64,000 nucleotides of DNA from the human T2T-CHM13v2.0 reference genome, Homo sapiens (GCF_009914755.1 NC_060926.1), one strand, 5' to 3'. Positions 17,285 through 35,059 are shown, numbered from the stretch's first letter. The notes: generated by a model not told the origin, from the sequence alone. Numbers and translations are program-made.

Positions 17285-17405
17285 ATCTTGAAAACAGTGA
17301 AACTAAGAAACGTAATTTGCCCCAAATTACGTAGTGAGTAAGTGGTAGAGCTAGGATTTAAATGTAGATCTGTTTTATGGCAAAGGACCTGGTCTTAACC
17401 CGCAT
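17285..17405 (-). mobile_element. MIR fragment
   Basis: taatttgccccaaattacgtagtgagtaagtggtagagctaggattta. Confidence 0.65.
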
Positions 17406-18079
17406 TAAGATGCTGTATTCCCAAAGAAACGGAGTTAAATTCTTGTGGAGAAAATGTGTGTTGGGGCTAAATCAAAGGCAAAAATAATAATAATAATAAT
17501 ACATTCAAGAATCTTAACAACAACAAAAACTGAATAACCTGGAGACACAGGAATAAAACAGGATCATATTTTAATGAGTGAAGGTCAGAAGCCAGAAGTC
17601 TGCTATCACAAAAGTGCTTTGTAACCCCACAGGAGTTTTTGACCTCCCGTTGCAGTTTCTTCATCTTTACAATGAGATAGGTGAATAGATGAACTTGAGA
17701 GTCATCTGTAACTTAAGAAAGTTTAAACCATGTAAAAATCAAGTTCAGATAGAAGGGAAAACCTTTTCTAAATTTTGGTTCTATATTCCTTTAAATTTAG
17801 ATCCATTCAAAGTCACATACAAAATTCAAAACAATATAGACTAAAAAATAAAAAAATTGGTAGCTATTAAATTAATCAATATAGCAAATTTATAATCCAT
17901 GCCACCTCAGAAAATTTTAATGCATTTGACATGTCAATAATATTGCACACCCAGAAGAGACATACTGTATTCAGGCTTATGAAAAACATATATTTATGCT
18001 GTTATATTTGCAGGACAGCAATCAAAACAACAATCTGATTTTATCTGTTTTAGATTATTATGCCTCCACTCAGTCTAAG

Positions 18080-18410
18080 CTAGGGGTGGAAAACTGTTGA
18101 TCAAAGGGTACAAAGTTTTAGGTAGACAGGATAAATAGGTTTTGAGATCTATTGCCTATCAGGTAATAGATCTCAAGTACAGTCTCAGGTGACTATTGTG
18201 AATAATAATGTGTTGTATATGTCAAAATAACTAATAAAGTAAATTTCAAATGTTTTGTTATAAAAAAAGATAAGGTGATGGATATGTTAATTAGCTTGGT
18301 TTAACCATGCCACATTGTATACATATATCAAAACCTCATGTTTTACTCCATACATGCATATAATTGTAACTTAGTCAAAAATAATGTTAATAATAAAAAT
18401 AATAATTTTT
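18080..18410 (+). mobile_element. L1MA-type 3'UTR fragment
   Basis: caaagggtacaaagtttt...ggtgatggatatgttaattagcttg...cacattgtatacatatatcaaaac with an A-rich tail. Confidence 0.8.
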
Positions 18411-18439
18411 AAAACTCTCTCTCTTTGACTTTTGACAAT

Positions 18440-19390
18440 TTGTTTATAATGTGGCCTTGGTAGGAAAAAAACTTTCTTTTGTGGGCAGGTGGGGTGAAGT
18501 GTGTGGCTGTTCTACATCCAGATATGTATTTAGTAATGCACAGGGACACAAGTTCTAAAGGCATATGAGGGAACTGTCTTGGGGGTGGGGGTACAGAGGT
18601 TAAGTCTGGTGGGTGTGTGTGCATATACATACAGCTACAGTGAATGCCTAGTCTACTGAACATGCTGGAGCATGTGCCATGGAGGTGGCAGGCACATAAT
18701 AATCAGGTCTGGTGGGCACTGGGCAAAGCTACAATGGGCACGTGGTCCAATGGGTGCATATGCTTAGCTTCAGCAGGTGTCTGGTTCCTTGGTCATATGT
18801 GCACAGCTGTAGTGAAGACCTGGTCCAGTAGGCACCTGAGCACACATGTGGTGGCACCATTAAGTGCCAGGAACTGTGCACAAGCACGTGCTTTATGTCA
18901 GGTTCCTATTCTCAGGCATGGCATGTGCAGCCTGGCTTTGGCTGCAACTCCAGCAGCTCTGAGTCCAGTGTGGGAAGGGGTGGTATTTGGCATCTGTGGC
19001 GTCAGTGACGCAGCAGCTGGGGTCCATGTCAGAGAAGACCGCAGAAGTCCTCTGCAACGGTAGCTAGGGCCACTGGAATTCTTGGTGTCAATGGCTGCTG
19101 AGGTCCACCCACTCTCCCTGTTCCCCCATGAGGGAACCAGTGACCAAGGGGATTCCTTGTGGCACCATGCTAATCTGGGGGATGGGGCAACACAGAAAAA
19201 ATGCTTCCTACCCCTTTCTATTAGCCATTCCTGGTCTCTGCACTCGTGTGGATTGCTGCTGCCCCCTAACTGCCTCAGGGCTTCTCCTAGACCTATCCTT
19301 TTCCACAAATATTTGATTTTATCCTTGTTTTTGTTTAGGGGTGAGAGTTGGGATCACCCAGTTTGCCATCTTGCTGACATCACTTCCCAA
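18440..19390 (-). mobile_element. Probable ancient L1 5'UTR remnant
   Basis: GC-richer block ending gccatcttgctgacatcacttccc, whose reverse complement gggaagtgatgtcagcaagatggc resembles old L1 starts with a YY1 motif. Confidence 0.55.
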
Positions 19391-19706
19391 GCAATTTTTA
19401 CTTTGAATCTTTTTCTGTATCTGTATCCTCTGCTTGCTATGGTCTCCAGACAGCTTCTTGTCTAGCAATAATATAACCTTCAAATCTGCTCAAATATCAC
19501 CTTCTGACTACCCCATTTCATACTGCAATCTATTTCCAGTCCCCCCCTGCACCCTAGCACTCCTTGTCACCATTACTCAAACCTACTTTTCCTTTAACCC
19601 ATAGCAATTCCCTCTTTCTAATATATTCTAAATTATGTACTTACTGTGTTTATTGTTTGTAGCCTTTCCTACCCAGTACAAATTAGGTCTATAAGGACAG
19701 AAGCTT

Positions 19707-19798
19707 TTTATTATTATTATTATTATTATACTTTAAGTTTTAGGGTACATGTGCACAATGTGCAGGTTTGTTATTCAGTGAGAACACATGGACACAGG
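19707..19798 (-). mobile_element. ~92-bp 5'-inverted L1PA insertion inside an L2 remnant
   Basis: Antisense L1PA terminus, then a sense 3'UTR piece gtgagaacacatggacacagg; TSD aaggacagaagctt at 19693-19706 and 19799-19812. Confidence 0.85.
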
Positions 19799-20431
19799 AA
19801 GGACAGAAGCTTCTGTTTTGGTCATTGATAATTCACTTGTTTATTGAGCAGTGCCTAGTGAATGATAAGTGAACTAAGGAATGTAGCTATTTGTTAAGGT
19901 ACTGTGGTACTGAATAGAGACTTGAATTGTGATAGTTCGTTAGAGTCAGTTGTGTTAGAATATGTATTCTTCATGGAACCATATTGATAGTAGGATATTG
20001 GCTAGTTGACACATACATCTACCATCTCCTGTATCTCAAATAGACTGTCTAATAGAGACTTATCTATACATCAATGAATTTTAAATAAAAATACCCAACT
20101 CATGACAATTGTTTATCACCCGCTTTACCAAATCCTGATGCAAAGCAAGAGAATTGGATGATTAAACTACATGAGTCATCTATTCTTATTTTCTTATCTG
20201 CAAAGACGTCCCTTTGCACTCTCTGATCTCTTTCTACTCCATGAGTCATTTGACTTGTTATACTTTCCCCATTTCTACCCTTTCTTTTGCTTTTAATACA
20301 AACTTCACTAAAACTAATAAAATAATTTTAATAAAATGAAGAGATGTTTAAAAAATCAAATCAGAAAAAAACAAAAAATTTGATGTTTTGGTTTACATTT
20401 TATATAAAATACTTAATTTTACATTATTCTT

Positions 20432-20990
20432 TTTTATTTTATTTTATATTTTTATTTTAATTTATTGACATTTATTTATTTTTTTAACTTTTATTTTAAG
20501 CTCAGGGTTATATGTGCAGGTTTGTCACATAGTTAAACTTGTGACATAGGGGTTTGTTGTACAGATTATTTCCTTACCAAGTATTAAGCCTAGTACCCAA
20601 TTAGTTGTTTTTCCTGATCCTCTCCCTCCTCCCACCCTCCACTCTCCAACAGGTCCTAGTGTGTGTTGTTCCCCTCTATGTGTCCATGTGTTCTCATTAT
20701 TTAGCTACCACTTATAAGTGAGAACAGGCCGTATTTGGTTTTCTGTTCCTGCATTAGTTTGCTAAGGATAATGGCCTCCAGCTCCATCCACGTGCCTGCA
20801 AAACACATGATCTCGTTCTTTTTTATGGCTAGTATTCCATGGTGTACATGTACCACATTTTCTTTTTCCATTCTATCATTGATGGGCATTTAGGTTGATT
20901 CCATGTCTTTACTATTGTGAATAGTGTTGCAATGAACATATGCAAGCATGTGTCTTTATAATACCCAAAGGAATATAAATAATTCTACTA
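20432..20990 (-). mobile_element. Older L1PA (PA10-13-like) 3' end with a short 5' inversion
   Basis: Antisense 3'UTR/ORF2 end (ORF 20701-20889 ...WMELEAIILSKLMQEQKTK); sense piece atacccaaaggaatataaat at ~20961-20993; TSD taatt(t/c)tacattattctt starting at 20414 and 20991. Confidence 0.85.
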
Positions 20991-21786
20991 TAATTCTACA
21001 TTATTCTTTTTTTGTTTATATCTACAATGTAGGGATGTTTTAAATGTCTAGACTAGTACTTATATGATGGATTTATGTATGTTTGTATATATAAGTGGGT
21101 GTGTTTGAAGATAACTTATTTCATTTTAGTATATATTTATTTTGATTTCAAATATCGTATCTGTTATAGAAATTGGGAAAATAAAGAAAAGTATAAATAA
21201 AAGCCACAAAATCCCACCATTGAGAGACAATTATTGTTTACATTGTTATTGTATATCTCTCAATTGTTTAAAAATATTTTAATTACGGGGGAGGAGCCAA
21301 GATGGCCGAATAGGAACAGCTCTGGTCTACAGCTCCCAGCGTGAGCGACGCAGAAGACAGGTGATTTCTGCATTTCCATCTGAGGTATCGGGTTCATCTC
21401 ACTAGGGAGTGCCAGACAGTGGGGGCAGGTCAGTGGGTGCGCGCACTGTACGCGAGCTGAAGCAGGGTGAGGCATTGCCTCACTCGGGAAGCGCAAGGGG
21501 TGCTTTGAAGAGAGCAGTGGTTCTCCCAGTATGCAGCTGGAGATCTGAGAACGGGCAGACTGCCTCCTCAAGTGGGTCCCTGACCCCTGACCCCCGAGCA
21601 GCCTAACTGGGAGGCACCCCCCAGCAGGGGCACACTGACACCTCACACGGCAGGGTACTCCAACAGACCTGCAGCTGACGGTCCTGTCTGTTAGAAGGAA
21701 AACTAACAAACAGAAAGGACATCCACACCAAAAACCCATCTGTACATCACCATCATCAAAGACCAAAAGTAGATAAAACCACAAAG

Positions 21787-22801
21787 ATGGGGAAAAAACA
21801 GAACAGAAAAACTAGAAACTAAAAAGCAGAGCGCCTCTCCTCCTCCAAAGGAACGCAGCTCCTCACCAGCAATGGAACAAAGCTGGATGGAGAACGACTT
21901 TGACCAGCTGAGAGAAGAAGGCTTCAGAGGATCAAATTACTCTGAGCTACGGGAGGACATTCAAACCAAAGGCAAAGAAGTTGAAAACTTTGAAAAAAAT
22001 TTAGAAGAATGTATAACTAGAATAACCAATACAGAGAAGTGCTTAAAGGAGCTGATGGAGCTGAAAACCAAGGCTCGAGAACTACGTGAAGAATGCAGAA
22101 GCCTCAGGAGCCGATGCGATCAACTGGAAGAAAGGGTGTCAGTGATGGAAGATGAAATGAATGAAATGAAGTGAGAAGGGAAGTTTAGAGAAAAAAGAAT
22201 AAAAAGAAATGAGCAAAGCCTCCAAGAAATATGGGACTATGTGAAAAGACCAAATCTACGTCTGATTGGTGTACCTGAAACTAACGGGGAGAATGGAACC
22301 AAGTTGGAAAACACTCTGCAGGATATTATCCAGGAGAACTTCCCCAATCTAGCAAGGCAGGCCAACGTTCAGAATCAGGAAATACAGAGAACACCACAAA
22401 GATACTCCTCGAGAAGAGCAACTCCACGACACATAATTGTCAGATTCACCAAAGTTGAAATGAAGGAAAAAATGTTAAGGGCAGCCAGAGAGAAAGGTCG
22501 GGTTACCCTCAAAGGGAAGCCCATCAGACTAACAGCGGATCTCTCGGCAGAAACCCTACAAGCCAGAAGAGAGTGGGGGCCAATATTCAACATTCTTAAA
22601 GAAAAGAATTTTCAACCCAGAATTTCATATCCAGCCAAACTAAGCTTCATAAGTGAAGGAGAAATAAAATACTTTACAGACAAGCAAATGCTGAGAGATT
22701 TTGTCACCACCAGGCCTGCCCTAAAAGAGCTCCTGAAGGAAGCGCTAAACATGGAAAGGAATAACCGGTACCAGCCGCTGCAAAATCATGCCAAAATGTA
22801 A
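21787..22801 (+). pseudogene. L1 ORF1p, disrupted
   Basis: MGKKQNRK start, frameshift near 21820, CGA>TGA at 22172-22174, C-terminus ...YQPLQNHAKM*. Confidence 0.95.
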
Positions 22802-22863
22802 AGACCATCGAGACTAGGAAGAAACTGCATCAACTAACGGCAAAATCACCAGCTAACATCATC

Positions 22864-26700
<3,837 letters not shown>

Positions 26701-27133
26701 ACAATGAGATCACATGGACACAGGAAGGGGAACATCACACTCTGGGGACTGTTGTGGGGTGGGGGGAGGTGGGAGGGATAGCATTGGGAGATATACCTAA
26801 TGCTAGATGACGAGTTAGTGGGTGCAGCACACCAGCGTGGCACATGTATACATATGTAACTAACCTGCACAATGTGCACATGTACCCTAAAACTTAAAGT
26901 ATAATAATAAAAGAAAAAAAAATTTTTCTAATGGAAAAAATATATATATTTTAATTACTCATTTTATCAAAAAATTATATTTTATATGTTCAAAATTTAT
27001 ATGTACATTCTATTCTATTTATAATATGCATATTCTAATTTATTGCTGAAATTATACAATATATGTCTTATTTCTGTTTTTAGACAGATTTAATATTTGC
27101 ACCAGTCCTTTACTATGGTTTCCCTATAACTGA

Positions 27134-27605
27134 TGTGGTAGGCAGAATAACTCCTGAAGATATTCACATTCTAATCCCCAGAACCTGTGAATATGTTACA
27201 TTATGTTCCAGAACTTTCCAGATGTGATTAAGAATATTGCAATGGGGAGATTATCCTGGATTATCTGGGTCGATCCAATTTAAATCACCAGGGTCTTTAT
27301 ATGTGACAGAGGAAGCTAATAATGTAAAAGTCAGAGACTTATTTGAAAATACTATCGTGTTTGATTTGAAAATGAAAGAAGTGGCCATGAGCCAAGGAAT
27401 GTTGTCAATCTCTAGGGTCTGGAAAAGGCAAGGAAACTGATTTTTCCCTAGACCCTCTAGAAGTCCCACTGATACCCTGATTTTAGTATGGTGACACTCG
27501 TTTTGGACTGCTGAACTCCAAAACTAGATGATTTTTTAAAAATTGTACTGTTTTAAGTCTCCAAGTTTATGTAATTTGTTATAGCAGCAATACAAAACTA
27601 ATATA
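27134..27605 (+). mobile_element. MLT1 (MaLR) LTR, MLT1D-like
   Basis: tgtggtaggcagaata...ctaatccccagaacctgtgaatatgttac...ttgttatagcagcaatacaaaactaatata. Confidence 0.85.
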
Positions 27606-28515
27606 TCTGAGTTATTTGTTCTGATTTATTTCTTCAATATTTGGATATGATCAAGTAGGATTGCAAAAGTGCTGTGTTCCTGAATTGGTGTTTCAGAATG
27701 TACACCTTCACCTTTATGGTAAGAGTATATAAAGGCATCATGTTACTCAGATCTTTTATTGCTCCACTATCTTCTTACAATATGTTTTTCACTGGAGAAA
27801 TTTTTCTCCTTTGTACATCACTATGTTTTCCTACCTGGATATTTTAAGATTTTTTTCTTCATTATTGAATTTTAATGAGCTTTACAGGATTTTCTTTGTG
27901 TTAATTATTTTGTATCGATATTTTTACTGCAAAACCTAAAGTTCTTTTCATCTACAGTCACATATTATTTTGGGAAAGGTTTCTTCCAACATATGTTATG
28001 ATAATTATTATTTATGTTTTGGTTATGCACATAAGGAAAATTATTTAGGTTTATGCTGGATACTCTTTATCTTTCAAACATATAATGTTTATCATTTATA
28101 TTTTGTACTAGATCTTTACCTGTTTGGATTGCAAAATTTCCTCAATTCTTTCTACTGCCACCCTGACTATAATTTCACTTTAGTATAATTTTCCCTATGG
28201 CTTGTAACATTGCTTTGCCTCTGGAATACTTTACATTATATTATCCCTCCCCACAGAAATAATCCAGTTTGCTTTTCATTTCTTTTGTTATCTTCTAATC
28301 ATTTCTTTGAACTTCACTACACTTTTGTTGAACTTTAATAGATGCTTTGTTTGATCAACATTTCATGTGGAACTATAGAGAATAGTTCCTCCAATAGTTC
28401 ATGTGGAACTACTGGTCAAATATCTTCCCTGTCAGTTAATTCTCCTTGGAGATGCATTTTCTTCTCCTGACTTTTTCTCAAGTTTATTCAAAAATGTTTT
28501 CATGGATTCCATCCA

Positions 28516-30871
28516 CAGGCATACCTCGTTTTATGGTTCTTGCCTTATTGAACTTCACACATACTATGTTTTTTTCACAAATTGAAGGTCCATGACAACC
28601 CTGCATGAAGCAAATGTACTGACTCCATTTTTCCAACAGCATGTGCTCACTTCATGTCTCACTGTCACATTTTGATAATCTCATATTTCAAACTTTACTA
28701 TTATTATTATTAATTATGTCAGTTACGGTGATCTGTGATAAGTGATCTTTGATATTATTGTAATTTTTATGAGATGCCATGAAGCGCACCCATATAAAAT
28801 GGCAAACTTAACTGAGAAATATTGTGCACATTCTGAGTGCTCCAGTGACCAGCCTCATCTCTCTCCCTCTGCTCAAGCTTCCCTATTTGCTGAGACACAA
28901 CAATATTGAAATTATGCCAAAGAATAACTGCACAATAGCCTCTAAGTATTCAAGTGAAAGCAAGAGTCCCATAGCTCTTACTTTAAATCAAAAGCTAGAA
29001 ATGATTAAGATTAGTGACAAAGGCCTGTCAAAAGCCCTGATAGGTCTAAAACTAGGCCTCTTGCAACAAACAGCCAAGTTGTAAATGCAAAAGAAAAGTT
29101 CTGGAAGGAAATTAAAAGTGCTACTCCAGTGAACACACAAGTGATGAGAAAGCCATGCAGTCTTCTTGCTGATATGGAGAAAGTTTTAGTGCCCTGGATA
29201 GAAGACCAAACCAGCCACAATATCCCCTTAAGCCAAAGCCTAACCTAGACCAAGGTCCTAATTCTCTTCAATTATATGAAGCTGCGAGAGGTGAGGAAGC
29301 TGCATAAGAAAAGTTGGAAGGTAGCAGAGGTTGGTTCATTAGGTTTAATGAAATTAGTCTTTTCCATAAAATAAAAGTTCAAAGTGAAGAAGCAAGTGCT
29401 GATGTAGAAACTACAACAAATTATGCAGAAGATCTAGCTAAGATCATTGAAGAAGGCGGCTATACTAAATCACAGATTTTCAGTGTAGATGAGACAACCT
29501 TTTATTAGAAGAAGATGCCATCTAGGACTTTCATAGCTAAAGAGGAGAAGTCAGTGCCTGGCTTCAAAGCTTCAAAAGACAGGCTGACTCTCTTATTAAG
29601 GGCTAATGCAGTTGGTGACTTTAACATGAAGCCAGTGCTAAATCTAGTTTGCCTGTGCCCTCTAAATGAACAACAAAGTCTGAATGGCAGCACATCTATT
29701 TACAGCATGGTTTACTGAATATTTTAAGCACACTCTTGAGACCTACTGCTCAGAACAAAAGATTTCTTTCAAAAGGTTACTGCTCATTGACAATGAACGT
29801 GATCACCCAAGAGCCCTGATCTCAGAGATATACAAAGAAAGCTATATTATTTTTATGCCTGCTAACGCCACATGCATTCTGCAGCCGATGGATCAAGGAG
29901 TAATTTTGGCTTTCAAGTTTTGTTATTTAAGAAATACATTTTGCAATGCCATAGCTGCCATAGATTGTGATTCCTCTGATGTATCTAGACAAACTAAATT
30001 GAAAATCTTCTGAAAGAGATTTACCATTTCTAGATGCCATTTAAGAATATGTGTGATCATGAGAGGAGGTTAAAATACCAACATTATCAAGAATTTGGAA
30101 GAAGCTGATTCCAGCCCTCATGGATGACTTTGAGGAATTCAGGGTTTCAATAGAAGAAGTCACTGCAGATGTGGTGGAAATAGCAAGAGAACTAGAATTA
30201 GAAATGGAGCCTGAAGATGTGACCGAATTGATGCAACCTCATGATATAACTTTAATGGGTGGAGTTACTTCTTATGGCTGAGCAAAGAAAATGGTTTTTT
30301 GAGATGGAATTTACTCATGATAAAGATTCTAGGAACATTGTTGAAATGATAAAAAAGGATTTTGAATATTACATAAATTCAGTTGATAAAGTAGTGGCAG
30401 GGTTTGAGAGGATTCACTCCAATTCTAAAAGAACTTCTACTGCGGGCAAAATGGTATTAAACAACATTACATGCTGCAGAGAAACCTTTTGTGAAAGGAA
30501 GAGTCGAACAATGGAAATTTCACTGCTGTATTATTTTAAGAAATTGGCATAGCCACCCCAGCCTTCAGCAACCACCACCCTGATTAGTCAGCACGCATTG
30601 ACACTGAGGCAAAATTCTCACCAGCAAAAAAGACTATGACTTGCTGAAGGCCAGATGATTGTTAGCATTTTTTAGCAATAACGTATTTTTAAATGGAGGT
30701 ATGTATTTTTTTTTAGATGTAAGTCTATTGCACACTTAGACTAGTTAGTATAGTACAAACATAACTTTTGTTTGCACTGAGAAACAAAAAAAAATGCCAC
30801 TCACTTTATTGCAATATTTGCTTTACCATGTGGTATGTAACTGGACCTGCAATAACTCTCAGATATGCCTG
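28516..30871 (+). mobile_element. Near-full-length Tigger1 DNA transposon (pogo/Tc1-mariner), decayed transposase
   Basis: TIRs CAGGCATACCTC ... GATATGCCTG; fragments LTLNQKLEMIK (HTH), SRGWFIRF (CENP-B-type HTH), [19 protein letters not shown] (DDD catalytic motifs). Confidence 0.93.
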
Positions 30872-30879
30872 CATTTCTT

Positions 30880-31207
<328 letters not shown>

Positions 31208-31747
31208 GATATACCTGTATTTCTTACAGATTTCTCTCTTACCTGGGAAGCATGTGTCCTTTCAGTGTTCAGGGTTCATACTAGTCACAGAAAAAAACTC
31301 TGAGGCCACAGGTCCTCAGAGGCTCCATCAGTTAATCAATACCTTCCCCTCTCTTCAGAGGGATTACCCTGATAATTCTCCCACAACCAGAACCTGAGTA
31401 GGATGCCAGATATGTAAATAGGATACAATAGAACTTGTGTCCACATAGTTTCCCTGCAAATCTATATTTTTGCAGTTTAGATAAGTCCTTAAAAAACATT
31501 CTGCACTTCTCTTCTGGTAATATCATACCCTAGTTTTTTTCAGTACACTAGCGAAAATTATTCTTTTTTACTCATATATTATGTCTCAACAAAATGTAAA
31601 CACCTTCAATTTTACTTGTGGTCAATGCAGTTATGTGTTGTATAATCTTCGGATGTGGGAGATTTAAGTATCTATCTAGGGGGTAAGGAATTACTTGTTA
31701 TCAACTCCATTTCTAAATTGAGTGTAAACATATGCCTACATAGGTAA

Positions 31748-32054
<307 letters not shown>

Positions 32055-32073
32055 CATAGGTAAGTTTTTAATA

Positions 32074-32618
32074 CAGCAGCCCCTCCTTATTCACAGTTTC
32101 TTTCTGTGGTTTCAGTTACCTGGGGTCAACCACAGTCTGGAAACAGGTTAGTCCATTACAGTAAGATATTTTGATTAGCTGGGCATGACTGTGGGCACCT
32201 GTAATCTCAGCTACTTGGGAGGGGAGGTTGAGGCAGGAGAATCATTTGAACCCAGGAGGTGAAGTTTGCAGTGAGTCGAGATCACGCCATTGCACTCCAG
32301 CCTGGGTGACAGGGCGAGACCCCAACTCAGGAAAAAAAAAAAAAGGGTATTTTGAGAGAGAGAAAGACCAAATAACTTTTATTTTTATAACTTATTAAAC
32401 TTTTATTTTTATAACTTTTATTAAGGTATATTGTTATAATTGTTCTATTTTAGTAATAATTATTGTTAATGTCTCACTGTGTCAAATTTTTAAATCAAAC
32501 TTTATCATAGGTATGCATGTATAAGAAAAAAACATAGTATATATAGGTACTATCCATGGTTTCAGGCATCCACTGGTGGTCTTGAAACATATGCTCTGCA
32601 GAAAAAGGTGAACGTCTG
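32074..32618. mobile_element. MER44-like Tigger MITE, interrupted by a partial Alu
   Basis: TA-flanked cagcagcccctccttattcacagttt...ggtttcaggcatccactggtggtcttgaaac...ctg. Confidence 0.8.
32174..32344 (+). mobile_element. 5'-truncated Alu (right monomer)
   Basis: attagctgggcatg...gaggcaggagaatcatttgaacccaggagg...poly(A); imperfect TSD ending tattttga. Confidence 0.9.
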
Positions 32619-32769
32619 TATTTTACCAGGCATTTTACGACCTGTTAATGTGAAAGAACTTAACTAAAGTGGGTCACTGCAGATTAAGTTCTTATTAAAT
32701 TCTAATACTGATCAGTAGATACTAATTGGGACATACTGGGTTTTCTAAAATTATTATTAAGTATCTGAG

Positions 32770-34090
32770 ATACATTAAGTTAGTAAGTATTTAGTAAACA
32801 TCCACTATATGTCAGGCGCTATGATGGGCATTTTGAAAGTATCAGTTAATAAATAAGTTAAAATCTTTGCCTTTATGAAAGCAGGTCTGTGACAAGCATG
32901 AATGCACTTGCATGACCTGAGAGTGACTGTCTCCTTAAATTTTGCAACCTAGATGCCTTGCTGGCCTTACCCTAGGACAGCCATATGACATGAACCTTAT
33001 GATGCAGTGGGGAAAATGCAACAAACAAGATTAGTGAGTAAACCATATGGTATTTTAGATGTTGGTAAATTCTTTCAGATAAAATAAAGAAGGAAAATGG
33101 GATAGTAACTTTTTTAGTTGTTTAGGGCATGGGAAAGAGTTGCACTTTTAGTTAAGGATGTCTAGGGATATTTTCTTTGAGATGGTGGATGTTGAGTATG
33201 CCTGATGAAAGAGACATAGTGAATTAAATGGAGACTTGAGGGAGGGATTCTAGCCAAAGAAACGAGTAAAAAGGCTTTGGGTAAAAGCTTACCTATTATT
33301 CTAGAACAACAGAAAGGAGACCAGTATGGTTGGAGTGGAGTGAGCAAAGAAGAAAGTTGTAGGAAATCAGTGATAAGACTGGGCCCATATCAGTAGGAAA
33401 ATTCAACCACTATGAGGACTTTGGTTTACATTCTGCATGCTATGGAAAAGCTCTAGAGAGTTTTGATTTGAGAATTGTCACGGATTAACATATTTTAGCA
33501 GCACTACTCTGCTGCTATCTATAGAAAAGACATTAGTGTTGCAAGATCCAAGTGGTGAGGTCAAAAGTCTACTGCACAAACACAGGAAATGAATGCATGA
33601 TATGTTGTATGTAATGCTACAGAATTTGCTGTGGGTTTGAATGGAGGGAGAAAGAGAAATTGTGACATTAAGGAGGACAAAGTTTTTTGCCTTAGCAACT
33701 AGAACATTGTTGTCCTGTATTGAAAGATGAAGACTGTTCTGGTTAGGAAATGGTAGGTTCAAGATGTGTGTTAGACATCTAAATGAAGATGTTAAGCAGT
33801 CAATTTTCCCTCTAAGAATCAAGAGTTCAAGAGGGAAGCTCACGTTAGAAATGTAAGTTTGACAGTCATCAGCATGTAGATAGTATTTAGAGTCATAGCA
33901 TCAAGAAAGTGAGACTAAATAGAAAATAAAAGAAATCTTGGATTTACTTCTTTGGCTTCTCCAATGTATAGAGGCAGGGAGATGAGGGAATGTCAGCAGA
34001 GGAGACTGAGAATAGATGGAGGGAGGAGGAGGGAAGGAAGAGAGTATTATCTTAGAAGCCAAGTGAAGGAGGCATTGCAAAAGTGTGTCA
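32770..34090 (-). mobile_element. LINE-2 remnant
   Basis: Antisense L2 terminus (taagtatttagtaaacatccactatatgtcaggc) followed by degraded purine-rich L2-type sequence. Confidence 0.65.
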
Positions 34091-35059
34091 AATGTTGTTT
34101 TATCAGATATTCCCCAAATCATATGAGGATACTACGGATCTTATTAAAATGCAGTTCCATTGAAAAAGTAAAGAGGGATATTGCTAAATATTATACTTAT
34201 TTGTATTTTTAGTACTTATATTCTTCTTGGGATTTTTTTTAGCATTTTATTTACTCCTTCATTGGTGCAAGCTGAGGGGATACAAATATGATGATGTGTG
34301 CTTCCTGCTATTGAGGAATCTGCAGTGTGAATAATGATCTTATGGTCATTGCATTGATCCATCCTATTATTTTGTAGTATGTGAGAACCGAGTGAGGCAG
34401 AAGGAGAAAAAAAAAGCATTGATGGCAAGGCTACTATATTGTAAGTGCCCCCAATCTTACCCAGAGAACATTCTCTGACTTTTATTGACCAGTTGAGTCA
34501 AGAGCATCCCATCAGAGGTGGATAACATACTAAATCTCTAGTTATGAAATTCCAGATATTTCCAGTATCCTATTCTCACAAAAAGGCAAGCATCCATCAT
34601 AGTTGAAATTCAGGTTTGTAACATGGATTAGAAAGAAGCTAAAATACTGAGTACTAATATTGCAAAGAGTAATCTTCTAAAACAATTTTGTGGGATTCAA
34701 CATTGGGTTTTTTTTTTAGCTTTTAATTAAACCTAATTTGGTTGTGACATTTTGATAGATTCAGAGAATTTTCAGCCTTCCCACATTGATTCGCTATTCT
34801 ACCCTTTTGACAGTGTGTTCTTCCCACACACAGAATTTCAGGCATAGAGGCCTCAGTTGAACAAATATAAGTAGTATCACACAACCTTCAATTTTACGTT
34901 TAAATACATTTAAAAATTATTAACTTTGAAATAATAAAAAAGTGAAAAAATTACGTTTCATTATGAAAGACAAGAACTCATTTAAGTCTTTGGGAAAAGT
35001 AAAACAAGTAGAAGAAAGAAAGAGAGGGGAAAGTGGGTTAAAAAAACACTTATTTAAAG

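Noticed and set aside
18644-19465. Overlapping 127-139 aa ORFs
   Set aside because: Lie in a GC-richer probable old L1 5'UTR; no recognisable protein.
26750-26780. G-quadruplex-like G-tract
   Set aside because: Ordinary feature of every L1PA 3'UTR.
28824-30552. Domesticated TIGD1-like transposase gene
   Set aside because: Many stops, frameshifts and an internal deletion near 29640; neutral decay.
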